Shown here: piece by piece, positions 59,454-64,000 of the stretch
Layout: every line of letters begins with the position of its first letter
Position numbering within the stretch: the first letter of the stretch is position 1
Assembly (NCBI GenBank): GCA_963664705.1
Contig: OY761556.1
Coordinates: 3,040,001-3,104,000 of the forward strand
DNA length: 64,000 bases
Source of the DNA: Acidobacteriota bacterium
GTDB taxonomy: Bacteria; Acidobacteriota; UBA6911
Reading direction: 5' to 3'
The notes under the pieces: generated by a model
What the model was told of the DNA's origin: nothing
Database searches by the model: none
Seen by the model: the letters and a program-made list of their open reading frames with translations, nothing else
Translations under genes and position numbers: made by a program

Positions 59454-59993
59454 TTACCTGATGGAAATCAGAAGACCGCCGCTTGCTTCGAACAGGTTGA
59501 TGGATCCGGAAAACGCGCTGGCATTGTAGCCGCGCACGTCAAAACGCAGCCCAAGAGGCCCAGCCAGCTTCGGAAACTTCAATCCGCCGCCATAATTGAA
59601 CGCAAACCTTGTCCCAACCGGCAGGTCGGAATCGCCATACTGGTGAAGGACGCCCACGCCGGCGGTAAGGTAAGGGACCACTTTGTGAACAGGGACATCA
59701 ATGATCAAGTTACTGTTGTAGACAAATCCTTTCGCCTCCTTAATTGCCGTGCGAGGGGGAAAGAGGTAATCGGAACTGAACGCCAGGGTATGCTCCACGC
59801 CGAGCTTTGGAACAATATTGGTGCGAAGCCGGGCGCCGATCACGGGACCGCTGTCGAGAGCGGTTTTTACGTTGTTATAGCTGATCGTGCCGGGACGAAC
59901 GCCGCCGGCGAAAAGGGTCAGGTCCGCCGATGAAAGCGGGACGGCAAAGAAAACGGCCACGGCAACTGCAGCGAGCAAAAAACGTGCAAACAT
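59454..59993 (-). CDS. small outer-membrane beta-barrel protein
   Basis: signal peptide; VPYLTAGVG...FNYGGG..LRFDVR strands. Confidence 0.8.
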   Translation of the reverse strand: MFARFLLAAVAVAVFFAVPLSSADLTLFAGGVRPGTISYNNVKTALDSGPVIGARLRTNIVPKLGVEHTLAFSSDYLFPPRTAIKEAKGFVYNSNLIIDVPVHKVVPYLTAGVGVLHQYGDSDLPVGTRFAFNYGGGLKFPKLAGPLGLRFDVRGYNASAFSGSINLFEASGGLLISIR

Positions 59994-60087
59994 AAGCGCC
60001 TCCGGCATGAACCTTGTGTACCCAATCGTTTTTTCAGAATCGAAGCAATCGAAATTGCCGGCTTCCCGCCGGCATGCAAATTGGCTT

Positions 60088-61458
60088 TTAGTTGGGCCGG
60101 CGAGATGCGGGCGCTCCCGGCAAGCGGGTTTGGGCTAATTCGCCATCCGTCATCTGCAACTCACTATTCAGCTTGTCACGCAGCGCGGCAAAGCTCGCAA
60201 ACTGATCCTTCGATACCGGGTTTCCCGGTGGAAAGATCACCTTCAGGGGATTAATGGGCTTCCCGTTTCGCATGACGCGAAAATCAAGGTGTGGACCGGT
60301 TGACAACCCCGTGGATCCGACGTACCCGATTACATCACCCTGGCTCACATGAGTTCCGGGTTTGGCTGCAATGCGAGACAAATGCAGGTACGCGGTTTCG
60401 AATCCGCCGGAATGACGCAGCCTTACCATTTTGCCGCTGCCGCCGCTGAACCCGGCGCTTATCACGGTCCCGGCCCCAACCGCCTGTACCGGCGCCCCCA
60501 TGGGTGCCGCATAATCCACGCCAAGATGCGCGCGCACTACACGCAGGATCGGGTGCATCCTCGCTACCGAAAATTTGGACGATATACGGGCAAATTTGAG
60601 CGGGGACTTCAGAAATGATCTTTTGAGGGATTTGCCGTCGGGCGCATAGTAGGCCGGTTTGCCGTTTTCATCCGTAAAGCGGAATCCGGAAAATTCCTTT
60701 TTCCCGTTCTGAAAAACCGCGGCCTGAATTGCGCCATACTTGGCACACTTACCATTCAAGTATTTCTTTTCTATGAGAATTCTGAACGAATCCCCATTCT
60801 TGATATCTGAATAGAAGTCGATATCCGATCCGAAAATATCGGCGAGATCCAAAGCCAACTGATCCATCTCGCCAAGATTCTTTATAGCCGCAAACAGAGA
60901 TGACTCTATCACGCCCTGGACGGCCTCGACGCGCGTTTCGTAGGGGAAGTCCTTCATGACAGGAACCAGCCGGTCCTGAACCGGATCCTGGAAAACCGTG
61001 AGATAGCGCTGATCGTCCACAGGGTAGCGGAAATCGCGGAAATCGCCGTCGTTTGTAAGATGGATCCAGTAAGGCTGCCCGGCCCTTACCCTGGCCAAGT
61101 TGTATTCCATGCGCGCCGAATCAATGATCCGGTTGGTTAATTCGCTGGAAAGACCATGACGGGTCAACACATCGGTAATAGTCTGATGCGGTTGAAACAG
61201 CCCCACAATTTCGCGCAATTCCGGAATTCGCGGCGAGGCAGCCACGATTGGAATCTGCCCGGACATATGCAGCTGGGTACCGGCCGGGTTATGTCTTGCG
61301 GCCAGGTAAACCGCCCCTGCAAGCAGAAGGATTAATATTGCCGAATAGCTGGTTGCGACGGCAAAAGGACCCTGGAGAAATCTGGAAGGCAAAAGCGTGG
61401 CTTTGGATCCAGTCCCCGGCTTCTCCAGATCAGGAGGGGATGACGCACGATTCGCCAA
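60088..61458 (-). CDS. M23-family peptidoglycan DD-endopeptidase (MepM-like)
   Basis: HLGVDYAA (HxxxD), YLHLS, STGPHLDF. Confidence 0.92.
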   Translation of the reverse strand: MANRASSPPDLEKPGTGSKATLLPSRFLQGPFAVATSYSAILILLLAGAVYLAARHNPAGTQLHMSGQIPIVAASPRIPELREIVGLFQPHQTITDVLTRHGLSSELTNRIIDSARMEYNLARVRAGQPYWIHLTNDGDFRDFRYPVDDQRYLTVFQDPVQDRLVPVMKDFPYETRVEAVQGVIESSLFAAIKNLGEMDQLALDLADIFGSDIDFYSDIKNGDSFRILIEKKYLNGKCAKYGAIQAAVFQNGKKEFSGFRFTDENGKPAYYAPDGKSLKRSFLKSPLKFARISSKFSVARMHPILRVVRAHLGVDYAAPMGAPVQAVGAGTVISAGFSGGSGKMVRLRHSGGFETAYLHLSRIAAKPGTHVSQGDVIGYVGSTGLSTGPHLDFRVMRNGKPINPLKVIFPPGNPVSKDQFASFAALRDKLNSELQMTDGELAQTRLPGAPASRRPN

Positions 61459-61475
61459 ACAATCACCCCTAATAG

Positions 61476-61958
61476 TTATTTTCGCAGTTTATTCGAAAGC
61501 CGTTTTTCAACATCTGCGGGGACAAGCCCCTGAATCGCTCCACCGAGCTGCGCGATTTCCTTCACCAGTTTCGAACTCAGGAAGGAATAAGACTCGGCGG
61601 GCAACATGAAGACGGTTTCGACCTTGCTTGAGAGTCTGCGATTCATCAGGGCCATCTGCAGTTCATACTCGTAGTCCGATACAGCCCGGATGCCGCGAAT
61701 GATAACGGAAGCTCCGATCTGATCCACAAAGTCGACAAGAAGTCCGTCAAAAGAGGTGACGGAGACATTCTTGAGATCGCGAACAGCTTCCTCCAACATG
61801 TCTACCCGTTCTTCAACAGAGAACAGCGGAACTTTTCCCGCGTTGCGAAGTATTGCCACCACCACTCGATCAAAAAGAGCGGCGCTCCTCTGGATCAAAT
61901 CCATATGCCCATTGGTTACGGGGTCGAAAGATCCGGGATAAACAGCTCGAGTTTCCAT
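61476..61958 (-). CDS. coaD: phosphopantetheine adenylyltransferase
   Basis: YPGSFDPVTNGH, RGIRAVSDYEYE, SSKLVKE. Confidence 0.97.
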   Translation of the reverse strand: METRAVYPGSFDPVTNGHMDLIQRSAALFDRVVVAILRNAGKVPLFSVEERVDMLEEAVRDLKNVSVTSFDGLLVDFVDQIGASVIIRGIRAVSDYEYELQMALMNRRLSSKVETVFMLPAESYSFLSSKLVKEIAQLGGAIQGLVPADVEKRLSNKLRK

Positions 61959-62019
61959 AGTAGAGCTTTCCTCAAAGTACAGCGGGATTATAGGAGCAAG
62001 GCCTAATGAAAAGCAAGCA

Positions 62020-62328
62020 TCACTCCAGCCGGCCAACAATATCCCGCAGCATCCTGGAAAGCTCTATGGCCTCCCCCTGTGTCGGAATCCGCCGGAGGCT
62101 CTCGAGTACCAACGTCCACTCCTGATGCCCCTGCATGCTATCGATATTCAGACCGCGCAGTTTTTTCCTAAACCGTCGAGCTCTGTCCGCGGTTTCAAGA
62201 TAATACTCCAGGCGCCCCGGCGGTGTGGATTTGGCCTCGGAAGCGATAGCTATCGCCAGTCGCGTGCGCGCCAATTCGAGGGCTACCAGCAGCTCTCTGT
62301 GTAGTTTTGTGAAAGTCCGACCCGACAT
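62020..62328 (-). CDS. hypothetical helical protein
   Basis: 102 aa ORF upstream of coaD, divergent from the sigma factor. Confidence 0.45.
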   Translation of the reverse strand: MSGRTFTKLHRELLVALELARTRLAIAIASEAKSTPPGRLEYYLETADRARRFRKKLRGLNIDSMQGHQEWTLVLESLRRIPTQGEAIELSRMLRDIVGRLE

Positions 62329-62434
62329 CACTTTGCACCACAATTTGTGAAATACAGAGCATTGCAACGAAACAATAGCAGTGTTCGAAATGCATCCTTA
62401 CTAATGACCTCATAGCCCTTTTGAGCCAAAAAAA

Positions 62435-63100
62435 ATGCAGATGGAAACAACACCGGACGACGAGAGTTTTCGGACTCTGCTGGGAACCGTTGTCAGCCGA
62501 AACGGCAGCAAATGGCTCCGGTTCATCCTGACCATTCTGAGAAATCAGGCGGACGCTGAAGACGTTCTCCAGGAAGCCATCCGTCGAGTCTTGGCGCGAA
62601 ATGTGCCATTACAGTCGGAGGATCAGATAAGAATGTACGTGGGTCGAACCATAGCAAATGCAGCGCTGGAATTTTTCAACACCAGGAAGAGAGACCGGGT
62701 TCGCCATCAGTCACTGTGCGAACAGGCCGCCTTGCTGCGCAGATCTTCCTCGCCAGGCTCCCGCATCGAGCAACGGGAACAGGCCAAAGAAAGAGAGCGT
62801 TTGCTCGGGTGTCTTGAAGAAGGATTGAAACATCTGCCCGCCAAACAGTACGAGGCGTTGCGCCTCACGATATTGGAAGCAGGGGATCTTTCAATTCGCG
62901 ATGTCGGGAGCCGGAATGACATCCCATATTCCACGCTCCGGCATCGGAGTAAACAGGGGTTAAGGCAGCTACGGAAATTCATCATTGCGCGGGGGAAGCG
63001 GAATAGGAGTCAGGAGGCAGGAGTCAGGAGTCAGGAGACAGGATGCAGGAGACAGGAGGAGGAATGGAAAGCGCAGCGGCAAGGTCCTTTCAGGATTTGA
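62435..63100 (+). CDS. ECF-type RNA polymerase sigma factor; C-terminus runs into heptamer repeats
   Basis: DAEDVLQEA region 2; LKHLPAKQYEAL...HTH region 4. Confidence 0.8.
   Translation: MQMETTPDDESFRTLLGTVVSRNGSKWLRFILTILRNQADAEDVLQEAIRRVLARNVPLQSEDQIRMYVGRTIANAALEFFNTRKRDRVRHQSLCEQAALLRRSSSPGSRIEQREQAKERERLLGCLEEGLKHLPAKQYEALRLTILEAGDLSIRDVGSRNDIPYSTLRHRSKQGLRQLRKFIIARGKRNRSQEAGVRSQETGCRRQEEEWKAQRQGPFRI
63004..63060 (+). repeat. tandem heptamer array CAGGAG(A/T/G), about 8 units
   Basis: taggagt caggagg caggagt caggagt caggaga caggatg caggaga caggagg. Confidence 0.9.
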
Positions 63101-63468
63101 TTGTCTGGAAAAAGGCGCATCTGTTTGTGTTGGAAGTTTATCGGTTTACTGCCAGCCTGCCTAAACAGGAGGCATATGCTCTGTCGTCTCAAATGCGGCG
63201 CGCAGCCGTTTCCATACCTGCAAATATTGCCGAAGGATTCAAGCGACATGGACAATACGATAAATCCAGGTTTATGAATTTTGCCCAGGCTTCGTTGGAG
63301 GAATGCCGCTATTACCTGATACTTGCAGCAGATCTCAACTATGGAAAAACCGATTCTCTCATGAGTATGGCGGAGGAAGTCAGCCGCATACTGCACGCCT
63401 ATTCCCGTTCTATCTTAAATCGGAAGCAGGAGCCAAAACTCAGGAGTCGGCCTCCGGATCACTCCTGA
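63064..63468 (+). CDS. four-helix-bundle protein (23S rRNA IVS protein/bAvd-like family)
   Basis: FQDLIVWKKA, QMRRAAVSIPANIAEG, ASLEECRY. Confidence 0.92.
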   Translation: MESAAARSFQDLIVWKKAHLFVLEVYRFTASLPKQEAYALSSQMRRAAVSIPANIAEGFKRHGQYDKSRFMNFAQASLEECRYYLILAADLNYGKTDSLMSMAEEVSRILHAYSRSILNRKQEPKLRSRPPDHS

Positions 63469-63999
<531 letters not shown>

Positions 64000-64000
64000 T

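Overview
Bacterial chromosomal window. Gene content (ECF sigma-Ser/Thr kinase pair, PQQ-type propeller, corrinoid enzymes) suggests an anaerobic Acidobacteriota-like diderm; this is an inference. Left (1-23 kb): accessory metabolic, signalling and exported-protein genes. Centre (23-51 kb): a selenium-centred region. It contains selA-selB, a three-part SelD fusion, tRNA-Sec and a corrinoid methyltransferase operon ending in a NifS-type lyase. Four genes are split by an in-frame UGA followed by a SECIS-like hairpin: an ArsM-like methyltransferase, a LysR regulator, and two paralogous exported beta-barrel proteins with a Cys-Gly-Sec motif at the mature N-terminus. The most striking unannotated signal is four copies of a 13-15 codon leader ORF ending F-S-G-[F/Y]-T-UGA, with synonymous variation and a conserved complementary RNA arm 17-20 nt downstream. 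The copies sit 5' of the corrinoid operon, selAB, an orphan RelE-like gene and a molybdoenzyme operon, and form a candidate undescribed UGA/Sec-sensing leader-peptide attenuation regulon. Right (51-64 kb): a complete IS256 with an 8-bp target duplication, IS481 and tRNA-Pro integration remnants, then core genes (surE, tRNA-Pro, MerR, IHF, der, coaD, rsmD) and a four-helix-bundle gene between inverted heptamer repeats. All family calls come from motif recognition by eye; no database searches were run.
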